Source of the DNA: Octopus sinensis
Taxonomy: Eukaryota
DNA length: 64,000 bases
Reading direction: 5' to 3'
NCBI RefSeq assembly: GCF_006345805.1
Contig: NC_043011.1
Coordinates: forward strand, 45,086,464 to 45,150,463
This document shows, one piece after another, positions 1 to 13,759 of the stretch; the stretch's first letter is position 1; each line of letters opens with the position of its first letter. The notes below the pieces were generated by a model, which had not been told where the DNA came from, made no database searches, and saw nothing but the letters and a program-made list of their open reading frames with translations. The translations under genes and the position numbers were made by a program.

Positions 1-118
1 CTTTAATTCCATGCAGCCAAACTGGTTTCCATTTTCAAACTCTCATTATAAATACTCAGCCTTCATTTAGTCTTTCTCTGCCATCAGACCCTGGACTAAC
101 GAGCTTGAGAAGACCATA

Positions 119-351
119 CCTATTTCCTTACTACCCACATGGAGTTAAACACAGAGAGGACAAACAAGGACAGACAAACGGATTAAGTCGATTATATTGA
201 CCCCAGTGCATAACTGGTACTTATTTTATCGACCCCGAAAGGATGAAAGGCAAAGTCGACCTCGGCAGAGTTTGAACTCAGAACGTAACGGCAGACAAAA
301 TACGGCTACGCATTTCGCCCAGCGTGCTAACGTTTCTGCCAGCTCGCCGCC
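119..351 (-). mobile_element. SINE family B, representative copy
   Basis: Minus strand ggcggcgagctggcagaaacgttagc...gagttcaaa...gtcgactttgcctttcatcctttcggggtcgataaa. Many copies at 26830-27400, 30085-30255, 46330-47140, 48900-49320, 51470-52570 and 57280-60320. Confidence 0.8.
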
Positions 352-2146
352 TTCTACCACCCCAGGGCAAACAGTTATGTTTAGTTCTACTTGCATCTCT
401 CTATCTTCTACCTACGGACACAGCCCTATCTCAAATATTACTCACACTCCTGTATAGGTGTGGACATGGCTGTTTAGTTAACTTTTATTTGGGTCAGTTA
501 TTGGGCTACTATCATGCTGGAGCACCAAATTGAAGGGTTTAGCCCAACAAATTGACCCTAGTACATTTTTTCAAAGTCTAGTAATTGTTAGCGTCTTTTG
601 CCGAACCACTAAGTTACAGGAATGGAAACAAACCAACACTGGTCATCAAGCAATGTGAGGGCGACAAAGATACATGTGTGCACACACACACGCACACACA
701 AACACACACACACACCCTTTGGTCATGAATGACCATAGCATTGCATCTAGAAAGTTCCCTGTCTTGGTGAAAATCTGGGCATGGTTGTTTATGGAAGACC
801 AACAGTCACCCCTGCAACTTGGCACCAGTGCTTTTGTTACCATATTTCTGTTCTACTACATTGCATTTTTTATTTCAATTAATTCTGGAAATAATAAAGC
901 TTTTGGCAAAATATCTTGGTCACTCCTAAGCTGGTAACTGGTATATAGATTAACGAGGAATTTTCAAGGGAAATTTTGATTTAGATCACTTTATAAGCGA
1001 ACCATCCGCTCGCATCCGTTGCCAGCCTCGCCTGGCCCCCGTGCCGGTGGCACGTAAAAGCACCATCCGTTTGTGGCCGTTTGCCAGCTCCATCTGGCAC
1101 CTGTGCGGGTGGCACGTAAAAAGCACCCACTACACTCACGGAGTGGTTGGCGTTAGGAAGGGCATCCAGCCGTAGAAACACTGCCAGATCAGACTGGGCC
1201 TGATGCAGCCTTCTGGCTTCACAGACCCCAGTTGAACCGTCCAACCCATGTTAGCATGGTAAAAACGGACGCTAAATGATGATGATGATGATTATATAGA
1301 AAGTTTCTGTCATAGAAGCAGGGGCAGTCTTGAGTGGGCTGGTATGAAAAGGATTAACAGTTGTCCATGGCAGGAATGCAAGAAGGTTTGTAATGATTCA
1401 TCTGGTGAGGAAGGGCCAAAAATTCAACAAGGAAATAGTGTTAAATATTTCGTAGTGGGACTAGGGTGGCAGCAGACACAAGAGGAGAAAGTAACTCAAT
1501 GCGCAAGCATTTTTGTGACTAGGAAAATGCAAAATAAACCAAATCATGTATCCAGTGAAGGGAAATCAAAATGTAAAAAAAAAATGTGAATCTTAGTCTG
1601 AGGTAAGAGGTTAGAACAAGCACACACACCCACACCACATATGCACAAACATGTGTATGCATGCGTGTGTGTGTGTGTGTTCATATATATATATATATAT
1701 ATATATAATAAACTGTCGCGTGCATCATGACTTGCATATTTATTAATAAAACATTCCGACAGATTCAGACATGAAAATGTAATTACTGTTGGGTACTTAT
1801 GAATTGCATGTGTTGAGACTGTTCTTTTGTGATGAACACAACAGCAATTAGCATATTCCCATTTTAATCAGCTAGATCATATTAAGAATGAATTTGCAAG
1901 TCATCATCTTGTGTGTGTGTGTGTCATCGTTATTTATGTTTTCTGTGTTAGCATGGGTTGGATGGTTTGGCAGGGACTGGCAAACCAGAAGATTGTGCCA
2001 AGCTTTCCTGTCTGCCTTAGCATGGTTTCTATGGCTGGATACCCTTCTTATCTATCTATCTATCTATCTGTCTGTCTGTCAATTATAATATGACAACAAA
2101 AGAATGAATGAGACCTTGATATTATATAAAATAGAGGAATTTAACA

Positions 2147-2256
2147 GTTGGTTGTCATAATAAAATTCAGTTTTGGATGCCAGGGCTGAAGTCTGCTCCG
2201 GCATCTCATTTCAGCCCTGGCATCCAAAACTTTGAGTTTTATTATGACAACCAACT
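2147..2256. repeat. Inverted repeat with ~45-bp arms (MITE-like remnant)
   Basis: agttggttgtcataataaaa...gccagggctgaa / ttcagccctggc...ttttattatgacaaccaact. Confidence 0.7.
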
Positions 2257-2984
2257 AATTGTCACATATTACATAGATAGATAGATACATACATACATAC
2301 ATCTGTTGGTTCACCAGAAGCAATAAATTACAGGACTCTATACAAAGGCGGAGTATTTTATAATACATTATAACTGCACTGTTCTGATTTCCAGCTCTCA
2401 GAGTTACTTGTTGCCACCCACCAGCTGGTAAACCAAGCCTGGTCTCCTTTTAAAATATCCAAAACCAGAAACGAAGTCATAAGTGTAAGCTTGAAGCAGC
2501 TGTTTTTGCATGTGTTGTTCACAAAGGTTTTTAAGCAGCAAAACATAAGGATAAGTCTTTTCCTCAAACTTTCATTTCATATTTCAAAAGGTATTTAGAC
2601 AGGGAATATTTTAAAGGGAAATGAGGTTCAGTTTTCCTGCTGCTGATTAGAAACGAGTAACTTTGACTACTGGAAATTGGAGCCCTTCAGTTATATATAT
2701 ATATGAAAGGATAAACACAGGTTTATGTAATAGTTTCTACTGTGTTTCTCCATTATGGTTGTTTGGGGCGCTACAATTGGTGTTCTAAATGCTCACCCAC
2801 AACAGATCATCAGGGAACACTTTATTGCATTAAATTACAGATATGTATGTGGCTGTGTGGTAAGAAGCTTGCTTCTCACCTTCATGGTTCCGGGTTCAGT
2901 CCCACTGTGTGACACCTTGGGCAAGTGTCTTCTACTATAGCCTTGTGAGTGGATTTCAGAGATGGAAACTGAAAGAAGCCTATC

Positions 2985-3027
<43 letters not shown>

Positions 3028-3455
3028 CATAGTAGTGGCTGTGTGGTAAGTAGCTTGCTTACGAATCACATGGTTCCAGGTTTAGTCCCACTGGGCAAGT
3101 GTCTTCTACTATAGCCTTGGGCCGACCAAAGCCTTGTGAGTGGATTTGGTAGATGGAAACTGAAAGAAGCTTGTCATATATATGTATGGGTATGTATATG
3201 TTTGTGTGTCTGTGTTTGTCCCCCCCAACATCGGTTGACAACCGATGTTGGTGTATTTATGTCCTCGTAACATAGCAGTTCAGCAAACGAGACTTATAGA
3301 ATAAGTACTAGGCTTAAAGTCCTAAGGTTGATTTTTTTTTTTTTCTACTAAATCCCTTCAAGGTGGTGCTCCAGCATGGCCGCAGTCAAATGACTGAAAC
3401 ATGTTAAAGAATAAAAGAATATTAAATTAGAATAATCTGAATGTTGAAGAGTTAA

Positions 3456-3728
<273 letters not shown>

Positions 3729-4551
3729 TAAAATTTGCTCACCAAGGTTTTACAAGTTCAAATTTTGGGTGTTTTTTTTTTGTTAATTTTCTTTTCACTC
3801 ATTTTAGCCATTTGGCTGCAACCCACTTCAAAAGGTTTTGTTGATCAAATCAGCCCCAGTCTGGTTCTTATTTTTAGCAGTTTCTTTTTGCCAGACTGTT
3901 TACAGGATGTGCATAAACCAACGCCGCTTGTCAGTGAAATGCAAGCACAGATGCACACACACATGCAGATACATAACTGGCTTCTGTACAGTTTCCGTCT
4001 ATCAAATTCATTCAAAGATATTGGTTAATCTGAAGTGAAAAACACTTGCTCAAGGTGCCATACATCATCATCATTTGATGCCCACTTTCCATACTGGCAT
4101 GGGTTGGACAGTTTGACAGAAGCTGGCTAGCTGGGGAGCTGACCAAACTCCAATTGTCTCATTTGGCATGGTTTCTATGGCTGGATGCCCTTTGTAACAA
4201 CAACCAGTTCACAGTGTACTAGGTGCTTATTACATGACCCTAGCATGGGTTCATTTGTGTAGCACTAGCATGGGTTCTTCTACGTGACACCAGCATGGGT
4301 GCTTTTACATGACACCGGCACGGGCTCTTGTATGTGACGCCAGCACAAGTTCTTTTATGTGGCACCAGCACTGGTACGTTTGTATAATACTGGCACTTTT
4401 AAATGGCAGCAGCATGGGCACTTGCACATGACACCAGCACGAATGCGTTCATGTGGCACCAGATGCTTTTATGCGACACCGGTACAGATGTTTATGTGTG
4501 GCACCAGTATGAGCATTTTGAGTCCTGTTCATATAGTTATAAAACCTGGTC

Positions 4552-4752
4552 CAGTGGTTTTCAACCAGGGTTCCGCCAGTACAGTCTAGGGGTTCTGCAA
4601 GAAGTTATAAAACTGCTAAAATCGGCAGTAATTTTTAAGTCTCATGTGCAGATATGTATGCATAAGACTATTAAATTATTGCACAGGGGTTCCTCGAGCC
4701 AGTGGAATATTTCCTTGGGGTTCCGCTCCAGCAAAAAGTTTGAAAAGCACTG
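4552..4752. mobile_element. hAT-type MITE
   Basis: TIRs cagtggttttcaac / gtttgaaaagcactg. 8-bp TSD acctggtc/acctggtg. Confidence 0.8.
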
Positions 4753-6088
4753 ACCTGGTGATATATGGCTATATGTACACACACACACACACACTTAATA
4801 AACTTCTACACAGTTTCTATCTATCAAATTCACTCTTAAGATTTTTGTGAGTAGGAAGCACGTGTTCAGTGTGCAGTGTAATGGGATTGAACATATAACC
4901 TTGTAGTTGTGAAGGCGACCTTCTTAACCACACAGCCATATGTTTTTCCTTTTTCTGGTTTCTTCAATTACAGTTTTAAATCTAAAATTTCAGTTAACTG
5001 TCTGTTGTCTGTTCAAGTATTTCAACTTTGAAAAGTTTTGTGAATTCATATTCAAAATTTTTCTTGTTTGCTGCTCTCTGTTATTTTCTTGTGAAACATT
5101 AACTTCAGTTTTCTTCATAAACTGCCTTGAATAACTTTATTTATTAAGCTGAAATTGGAAAAGTCTGATATTCAATTTTGAATATTCAACAAAGACAAAT
5201 ATTTAAAATATTGGAAGTTCAGATGTTTGATTATTTTAATACATAACATTTGTTTATATATTCTGCTTTTTATTTTCATTTTATTTATTTATTTATTTTA
5301 GTTTAGTTTGTGTGTGTGTGTGAATTTGAAATTTCAAATTTTAGGTAGGTGCTTGTGATGGGGTGGAGAATTTCAAAATTCATTTCTAGCGTTTGTTTTG
5401 ACAATAAAATCATGTGAAAAGCTGTGATTTTGAGGTTGCAGTAAATAGTTTTATAGCAGAAGTAAGCGGGAAGAGGTGGATAACTGTGAAGTCCTCTCTG
5501 CCTATGATTGTTGTTGTTCACAGTTCAACAAAAATATGTGACAACCAATCAACAGCCAGTTCTTTGCTATTGTCACCACACCTACCTTGATTTATGATTT
5601 GATATGGAGGGTTAATCATGTAGGTCACATTGCTTACAAAATCTCTGTATGAACAGTTTAAAAAAAAAAACAGTTGAGCACTTACATGAAGATTGAAACA
5701 GTATCATTGAGTTTTGGTGTAGTAATAAGTGACAAGCAGCATGTAACAATACTTGAATGGAATTCACTCCTGTCCATCTATAGATTGATTAATATACTGT
5801 AATAAAGTGAGTCCTTATTTGTGATTAGCTTTTTTTTGTTTGTTTTTGTTCAAATAAGATCTATATTGAAGTGATATTGATATTCACAGGATAGTGTTGT
5901 TGCTATGTATACTGACCGGGGCAAGCATAACTGTGTCATTGAGAAATTCGATTTACAACCACATGGTTCTAAATTCACACACTTGGGCATGTGGCTTCAA
6001 TTGTTACCTTGCGAGTTGAATTTGGTAGATGGAAACTACATGGAAAACTGTCTGTGGGAGTATTCCTATTTCTAGGGTGGTAGATTGT

Positions 6089-6304
6089 TCCGTTAGCATT
6101 CAGATTACTCTGTCGAATATAATGCTAATTTGTTCACATTGTTTCTAATTAATCATGCATTATCTTGTAGCTGTGAATTTTCAATAATGTGATTGTATAT
6201 TTTCGGAAGGACATTGTAGGGTAGGTGTGAGAAGCCAGATTTGCCTGGTATGAACATAAAACAGAATATTTGGGCTGGATATGGACAGTTTAAATGCTAA
6301 AGAG
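6089..6304. mobile_element. piggyBac-type MITE, second family
   Basis: ccgttagcatt ... aatgctaaagag followed by TTAA. A related end occurs near 7605-7621 and internal similarity near 10850-10990. Confidence 0.55.
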
Positions 6305-7668
6305 TTAATCTCTTGTCCACTGTAGTACTTGCCCTTTTTGGACTCTTTTATCAGAGTCCACTCCTTTGTAAGCCTCTGGACCAGGTCTCTCCACAGTGTG
6401 GGATAATTTCCTGCTTCCGGTCGTAAAGGTCCTGGAAAAGATCAAATGCTGCCTTTACATCTCTGATTCAACAATAAAAATAAAACAAAAACACACAAAA
6501 TGTCTTCAACCAAATGTAAAAGAAGGCTTGTGTCCTCTCTCACTCTCTACTTCCACCTCCACTACTAAAATGGCCCCTGCTCAGGATTATTTGTTAGGCT
6601 TAGAGACCCTCTCACTAATACTGACTCACAGAAATGCTATGTCCTCTCTCTCTCTCTCTCCCTTCTTCCTCTATCTCATCTTCCAATATCATAATGGCCA
6701 CCATTCTTCTCACCCTTCAGCATTTAAACTAGCTGGATCCAACCTCTCACTCCTAACCTACAACTTCATTCTAAAAATAAACAATCAACATCATCAAAAT
6801 CTTGAATCTACAAGAGAATGCAGAATTAATTTAATATAATGGGAATAAATAAGAATTACATTTGACAAAGAGGTCACAGGATATGTGATGAAGGATTTCC
6901 AGATGTAGGGCATAAAATAAGAGCAATAATAAAATAAATCCAAAGTGAAGAATGAATATATAGTGCATGTGTTTATTTGGTAAATAAAACAAAAAAACAT
7001 CCTGAAATATAACATTGGGCCTCTCGGAGGCAACAAAAAGTGACCAAGACCTTTGGTGATATGCTGTGCTTCAGAAGACCTGTAAAGCCAAGTGAAAGTG
7101 TAGTCATGGCATGTAAAAAGCACCCTTCAAACATTGGGCCTCACAGAGACAATAAGTGACTGAAGTCTTTTGCAATATGCTGTGCTCGAGAATACCTGTC
7201 AAGCCAGGTGAAATCGTAGTTGTGGACAATGCTGGTGTCCTGTTACTGGCACCCATGCCAATGGCATGTAAAAAGCACCTTTCAAACATTGGGCTTCATG
7301 GAGGCAATGATAAGTGACCGAGGTCTTTGGCGATATGCCATGCTTGAGAAGTCCTATCAAGGCAAGTGAGAGTGTAGCTGTGGCTGATGCCAGTGTCCTA
7401 TAACTGGCACCTGTGCCGGTGGCATATAAAAAGCACCCATTGCACTCTTGGAGTGGTTGGTGTTAGAAAGGGCATCCAGCTGTAGAAACTTTACCAAATC
7501 AGACTGGAACCTGGTGCAGCTTACTAGTTTCAGTCAAACTGTCTAACCCATGCCAGCATGGACAGCAGACGCTAAATGACAATGATGATTTGACAAAGTA
7601 ACCTGAATGCTAAAGGGTTAATAAACTAACTCTCTCACTACTCCTCATGCCCATTTGTCTCCATTGTG

Positions 7669-7717
<49 letters not shown>

Positions 7718-7721
<4 letters not shown>

Positions 7722-7990
7722 ATCCAAACAAGAAAACACAACAACGCGAGGACGTGGAACAAATATAGTATTATTGGACACTCAGGAAAGAAGGGAAGAA
7801 GGAGGGTTTAACATTTCAAGCGGAGCTCTTCGTCGGAAACATAGAAGGAAAGATCCCGATTCTGCTATGTTTCCGACGAAGAGCTCCGCTCAAAACGTTA
7901 AACCCTCCTTCTTTCCTGAACGTCCAATAATACTATATTTGTTCCACGTCCTCGCGTTTTGTTTTTTTGTGTTTTCTTGTTTGGATTAAC
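7718..7990. mobile_element. ~270-bp palindromic element in (TA)n with variant hammerhead-like cores
   Basis: gttaatccaaacaagaaaacac...gtgttttcttgtttggattaac arms of ~125 bp. Each arm has gttt-CCGACGA-a-gagc-tcc-gct(c/t)-(g/a)AAA-(c/t)gtt-aaac. Confidence 0.7.
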
Positions 7991-8454
7991 TATATATATA
8001 TATATATGAATATATTACACAATGGGGACAAATGGACATTTCCAGCTGGTGCAGTAACCACTTAAAGGTTTCTCATATAACTGTATGATGTGCCACTGAT
8101 TTTGTCGACCACTGCTCTTTCATGTAAGTGGAGTTATGTAAAACTCAGATCTGAATCAATGGCACAAGCCAAACTAAATTGAAACGATCAATGACATCTT
8201 TAGTAAGAAGTCTATCATATTGATTTTGTCATATGATCCTTCACTAAACAGCTGTTTAGCCTTTTGAACAAGAAACTATGATAGTTACAGCTGATTCACT
8301 TCATTTTATGCAGGGCTACAACTTCTTTCATCTCCTCAACATTTCACTCTCTCCACATTAATATCTACCACATAACATTTTTGCATTAGATCAGTCCACC
8401 TAGCTGTACACAGTCTACCAAACTGTACAGAGACCTGTCTTCAAAACTGTGAAT

Positions 8455-9062
8455 CGGTGGTTCTCAAACTTTTTACACCTGTGGACACCTTTGATTCCTG
8501 TTTTATTCAGGTGGATCCTCATAACCATTCAATGTTTAAAAAACATCCTATTATATTTTTATAACTAAATATAATTAGGAATTGTTTAGAAAAAAAAAGA
8601 CTTATTTTAGGCATAGGAATGGCTGTGTGGTAAGTAGCTTGCTTACCAACCACATGGTTCCGGGTTCAGTCCCACTGTGTGGCACCTTGGGCAAGTGTCT
8701 TCTACTATAGCCTCGGGCCGACCAAAGCCTTGTGAGTGGATTTGGTAGACAAAGTCTGGAAGAAGCTCGTTGTATGTATAAATATGTGTTTGTGTGTCTG
8801 TGTTTGTCCCCCAACGTCACTTGACAACCGATGCTGGTGTGTTTACGTTCCTGTAACTTAGTGGTTCGGCAAAAAGAGACCGATAGAATAAGTCCTGGGG
8901 TTGATTTGCTCGACTAAAGGTGATGCTCCAGCATGGCCACAGTCAAATGACTGAAACAAGTAAAGGAGTATTTTATGTGTTGTAGAAGTATAACCAATTT
9001 ATTGCACATAAACTCTTACATGGACCTCCAAGGGTTATATGGACGCCAGGTGAGAACCACTG
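8455..9062. mobile_element. hAT-type MITE interrupted by a family-A SINE (8610-8968)
   Basis: TIRs cggtggttctca / tgagaaccactg. Degenerate 8-bp TSD ctgtgaat/ctgtatat. Confidence 0.7.
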
Positions 9063-9149
9063 CTGTATATAATGACACTGATTGAAGGTACATTGTCTCC
9101 TGTTCTATGTTGGTACATTGAATTATTGTTGACCTTATATGCATAGGTG

Positions 9150-9440
9150 AGGTGCAATGGCCCAGTGGTTAGGGCAGTGGACTCACGGTCGGAGGATCGC
9201 GGTTTCGATTCCCAGACCGAGCGTTGTGTGTGTTTATTGAGTGAAAACACCTAAAAGTTCCATGAGGCTCCAGTAGGGGGTGGTGCCGACCCCTGTTGTA
9301 CTCTTTCGCCACAACTTTCTCTCACTCTCTCTTCATGTTTCTTGAGTAATGCTGCGATGGACTGGCATCCCGTGCAGCTGGGGGGAACATATACACCACA
9401 GAAACCGGGCCCATGAGGCTTGAAAAGGGCGACGTTTATC
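9150..9440 (+). mobile_element. tRNA-derived SINE with a V-domain-like core
   Basis: A box tggcccagtgg, B box ggtttcgattcc, and gctgcgatggactggcatcccgt resembling the V-SINE central domain. Confidence 0.65.
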
Positions 9441-10199
9441 GTTTATATGCATAGGTACAACATAGTGACAATAGGTACAGTCTACTGTCATATGTAGTTA
9501 CTATACAGACTTAGTGCTGATTCTCAATACGCCGATACTACATATTGAGGGTAGTAACATCCAATTGTTCTATATGGGTACTGTATTACATTGTTGATCC
9601 TCTGTACCTATTGACAGTAAGTACAGTATACTGTCCAATGTGGTTGCAGTACATTTGACCCTTTGTCCCTTTACATTAAATTCCCACAGGTGATTACTTT
9701 TCCATACCTTCTGGCATCAGTCATCATCATCGTTTAACGTCCGCTTTCCACGCTAGCATGGGTTGGATGATTTGACCGAGGACTGGTGAACCAGATGGCC
9801 ACACCAGACTCCAATCTGATCTGGCAGAGTTTCTACAGCTGGATGCCCTTCCTAATGCCAACCACTCCAAGAGTGTAGTGGGTGCTTTTACATGCCACCT
9901 GCACGAGGACCAGTCAGGCGGTACTGGCAACGACCACGCCCAAATGGTGTTTTTTACGTGCCACCTGCACAGGAGCCAGTCCAGCGGCACTGGCAACGAC
10001 CTTGCTCGAATGTTTTTTCACATGCCACCGGCAAGATCAATAAAATAAATACCAGTAATTGACTAATCCCCATCCCAGAAATTGCTGGCCTTGTGCCAAA
10101 ATTTTGAACCAATATATATAATAAAGTACCAGTCAAATACTAAGGCTGATATTAAGTCTATTCTCTCTGCCTCTCCAACTTTTTTGGCCTTGTACCTAT

Positions 10200-10535
10200 A
10201 GAAAGACCCCATTGGTCATGAATGACCTTGGGATTGCATCTAAAAAGTTCCCCTCCAAGGTACAAGTCCAGGCAAGTTTGGTTATGGAAGACTAGCAGTC
10301 ACCCATGCATACCAGCCTCCCCTCTCTGTGTCACCTATGTTATCTGAAGGACAGGCAAAGGCCGATTACAGCTTTGCACCAGTGATGTCGCAGCTCATTT
10401 CTACACCTGAGTGAACTGGAGCAACGTGAAATAATGTCTTGCTCAAGAACACAACACACAGCCTAGTCTGGGAATGGAACTCACTAGCTCATGATTGTGA
10501 GCCTGATGCTCTAACCACTGAGTCATGTGCCTTCA
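10200..10535 (-). mobile_element. tRNA-derived SINE, further family
   Basis: Minus-strand head ggcacatgactcagtggttagagc...gagttccattccc. A related tail fragment lies at 715-835. Confidence 0.6.
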
Positions 10536-11997
10536 CTTGGCCTTGTACTTAAATGAGAAATTATTTGGTAATATCAAATCCCCTTGCAGTATTTAGAGAG
10601 ATTGCCCTTCATGGGAGTGGAACACACCGAATTGTGTTTCCATAGTCTTTACAGACCCACTGAGATCAATGTGGTTGATTTGGTTATTGTCCCTCTTGAA
10701 CTTGGATCTTAACTTTTGCCTTTCAGCTGTTTTGTGGTCAAGAACACAGGAACCACTCTGATCTTGGTCACTGATTAAATTAACAAGACTGTTTGTGTAG
10801 ACTTGTAGGGTTCTCTGCCACTGGAATAATTCAGTGATGGCAGTGTTACATAGCTTTGAGATTTCAATGATGCGATTGCTTATTGCTTATTTGTAGAATG
10901 ACATTGTAGGATAGGTGCAAGAGATAGGATCTGGCCCGTTTTAATGTATAAAACAGGTAGAACATTTGAGCTGGATATGGGTGGATTAAATCATTTCTAT
11001 TAACCCACCACCTTATTTGCTACCTTGTCTAGAGAAGAGATAAAAATCAGATATTCTTTTTCCAGCAGAATATACAAGACACTGCAAGTTGGGTCGGGGA
11101 ATTGCTTTGACCCACTTGCTTCTATGATATTAATAGTGTTTGATACCTTTCTGTAGATTTCTTATTCTGCTATTGTTTTTTTTTGCTGTTACTATTTGGT
11201 AACAAGTGTGTAAACTTGCACCTTATTGTTTATCATAATTATCTCATTGATTACAGGTAAGTCCACCACCATCAATGCACCGCAGGGAAAGTTCACTCCC
11301 ATTAATTCACTGTGAGGAAGGTTTACCAAGAAAATATATCCATAGAATCTCACCATTAATAGTTAAAAGTATTTTATTGAAAAAAAAAACAGTGAATTGA
11401 TGATGGTGAACTTACCAAACATAATCTCTTTAGTTGGGGAGCAAATCTCTCTCACACACACATACACACACACACACAATTGCAGCTAACCCCCAGTTTT
11501 GTGAACCAATGTGAGAGGGAGTTTCACTATAGCAATTGACTTGTCAGAAAAAGCAGCCAAATTACCCTCAGATCACATCCTATCATCTTAGAAAGCACCT
11601 TAAATAATATGATCTTAGATAAGCAGTGTCTGAAAAAAACTTTTTTTTTTAAAATCAAAAAGTAAGATGAGATGGCTATGGCTGGGATGTCTTAATTATG
11701 AGACTGACCTGAGGTTGACCAGACAGCAACTCTAATTTCAGATACTGGAGTCATTTGGAATTCTTTATTATGGGTGGTGGTGACCAGGTATCAAGGATGG
11801 GACGTAGATGTGCCATGTGGTGAGTGTCCATTGCTAAGTGAGAACTGAAGTCCATCATGCACACACACACACTCTCATCTTGTAATGGTGAACCCCAGTT
11901 GGAATTTTATTTAATCAGTATTCCATCCATGACCATCCTGTCGTTATTGAAATATTGCTCATTATCAATTAAATTCTGTGTTTTTGACAATGTTTAA

Positions 11998-12218
11998 CCC
12001 TTTCGTTACCAACCCGGCCAAAACCGGCTCTGGCTCTGTGGAACAAATGTCTTGTTTTCATAAGTTTTGCATCAAAATATACCACCAAACCGTAGTCACA
12101 ATTTATGTTCCTAACACTAGCTTAATGATAACTAAGTTATTTTACTAAATTCTTTGTTATATCTAAAATAATTGAAAGAAATACAGAGCATCTCAAAATA
12201 AACACAGTAACGAAAGGG
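11998..12218. mobile_element. piggyBac-type MITE
   Basis: TTAA then ccctttcgttac ... gtaacgaaaggg TIRs. The right TTAA is eroded. Confidence 0.75.
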
Positions 12219-13164
12219 TAGGGCAGAGAGACATCTTTATTTGTCCCCCTTTAATACAGACAGGTCTACAAGACCCCAGAACCCCAATACAGCATCATCC
12301 TTAGAACATTATCTTATATTCAACTAAATTGTTTGCAGATGCATCTAAAACACTTAAGCCTCAAGGTCACTTGCTGACAAACATAACAGAGATACATCTG
12401 AGATAAAAACCAGGAACAAGTTTAAGCACTGCTGCCACCACCACCACCACCATTACAACTTCCTCCACCACCACCACTGCTACCACTATTATCACCACCA
12501 CACCACCTACCGTCACCCTTACCACCCAGCACCAAGAACTGAAATAAACTCAGCCTCAAAGAAAGAAAGAAGAAAGAAAGATAGATTTTTTTTTTTTTTA
12601 AATGTCTAAACAAGGAAATAACAAAGATAAACAATAGCAAAACAGGAAAATTTGTAAATATTTAGACATACAATGTAAATACTATATTCAATTAGTAGAA
12701 TCAACAGCTTGTTGTCTACTTTGTCTGCCCTCTGTCTGGTCACCAACACAACAAACAAGCTCTATGGAATACACTAGACTTACAATACATCGACCCCTAC
12801 TTGTAGGGCTATATAGTATGTATGGTCTTCAATGGTGGTTGTTGTGGATCTTTTTTTTTTTTTATTAATGGTCCCTTTTGATCCCTGTTTTGCTCAGATA
12901 GACTCCTATAGCCATTCGATGTTAAAAATAACTATAATTAAATATTATAAGCAATTCTTTTATTTTTCTACATTTTTCAGTCATTTGATTATGGTCATGC
13001 TGGGGCACCACCTAGAAGGATTTTAGTTGAACAAATCGACCCCCAGGACTTATTTTTAAAACTGAGTACTTATTTTAGAAGTCTATTTTGCTGAACTGCT
13101 AAGTTGTGGGGATGTAAACACACCAACACTGGTTGTCGAGTGGTGGTAGGACACACACACACAC

Positions 13165-13552
13165 AAAATGAACAGAATGAGATAAAAAATCCAAGGCTGT
13201 GAAAGATTTCAGAACATTTATAAAGAGAAGGTCTTACAGCTGTTTCTGGGATATTTTATGCATCCCTTCATCAGAGACGGTGCGAGAAAGTGGTTAAACA
13301 ATAGTTATTCTAGAGAAAATATGAAATAGAGTGAAGTGGAGGAATGAAAACAGGTGTGAGATACTTGTTTTCATTCCTCCACTTCACTCTGTATTTCACA
13401 TCTTCTCTAGAATAACTATTGCCTAACCATTTTCTCGCACCATCTCTGAAGGGATATATAAAATATCCCAGAAACAGCTGTAAGACCTTCTCTTTATAAA
13501 TGTTCTGAAATCTTTCACAGCCTTGGATTTTTTTATCTCATTCTGTTAATTT
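13165..13552. mobile_element. ~390-bp palindromic element carrying hammerhead motifs in both arms (probably Penelope-like pLTR derived)
   Basis: Two ~185-bp near-perfect inverted arms around a spacer of a few bases. Flanked by (CA)n and (TA)n. Confidence 0.7.
13231..13278 (-). ncRNA. Minimal type I hammerhead ribozyme motif in the left arm of a long palindrome
   Basis: Minus strand reads gtct-CTGATGA-a-gggat...atccc-a-GAAA-cagctg-TA-agac. Stems I and II are paired and stem III is palindromic (acagctgt). Confidence 0.7.
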
Positions 13553-13759
13553 TATATATATATATATATATATATGCATGCTAATACGTGACCTACATTG
13601 GATTTCTCATTTGCCTAATCACCGAACCTGGAGCTTAACTATAGTTTGTCCATAGCACTTACTCAGCATTACCTGACACTTTGGGATCTTCCAGACACCA
13701 GTACCTCTCAGACCCAGGAAGACCTGGGATGAGGTGGTGAAGCATGACCTTTGTATGTG

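Noticed and set aside
6396-6839. 147-aa ORF
   Set aside because: Non-ATG start, low complexity, intronic, and no motif or compatible splice sites for PI4K2.
9150-9220. Possible tRNA gene
   Set aside because: The acceptor stem does not close and the sequence continues into a SINE body, so it is a tRNA-derived head only.
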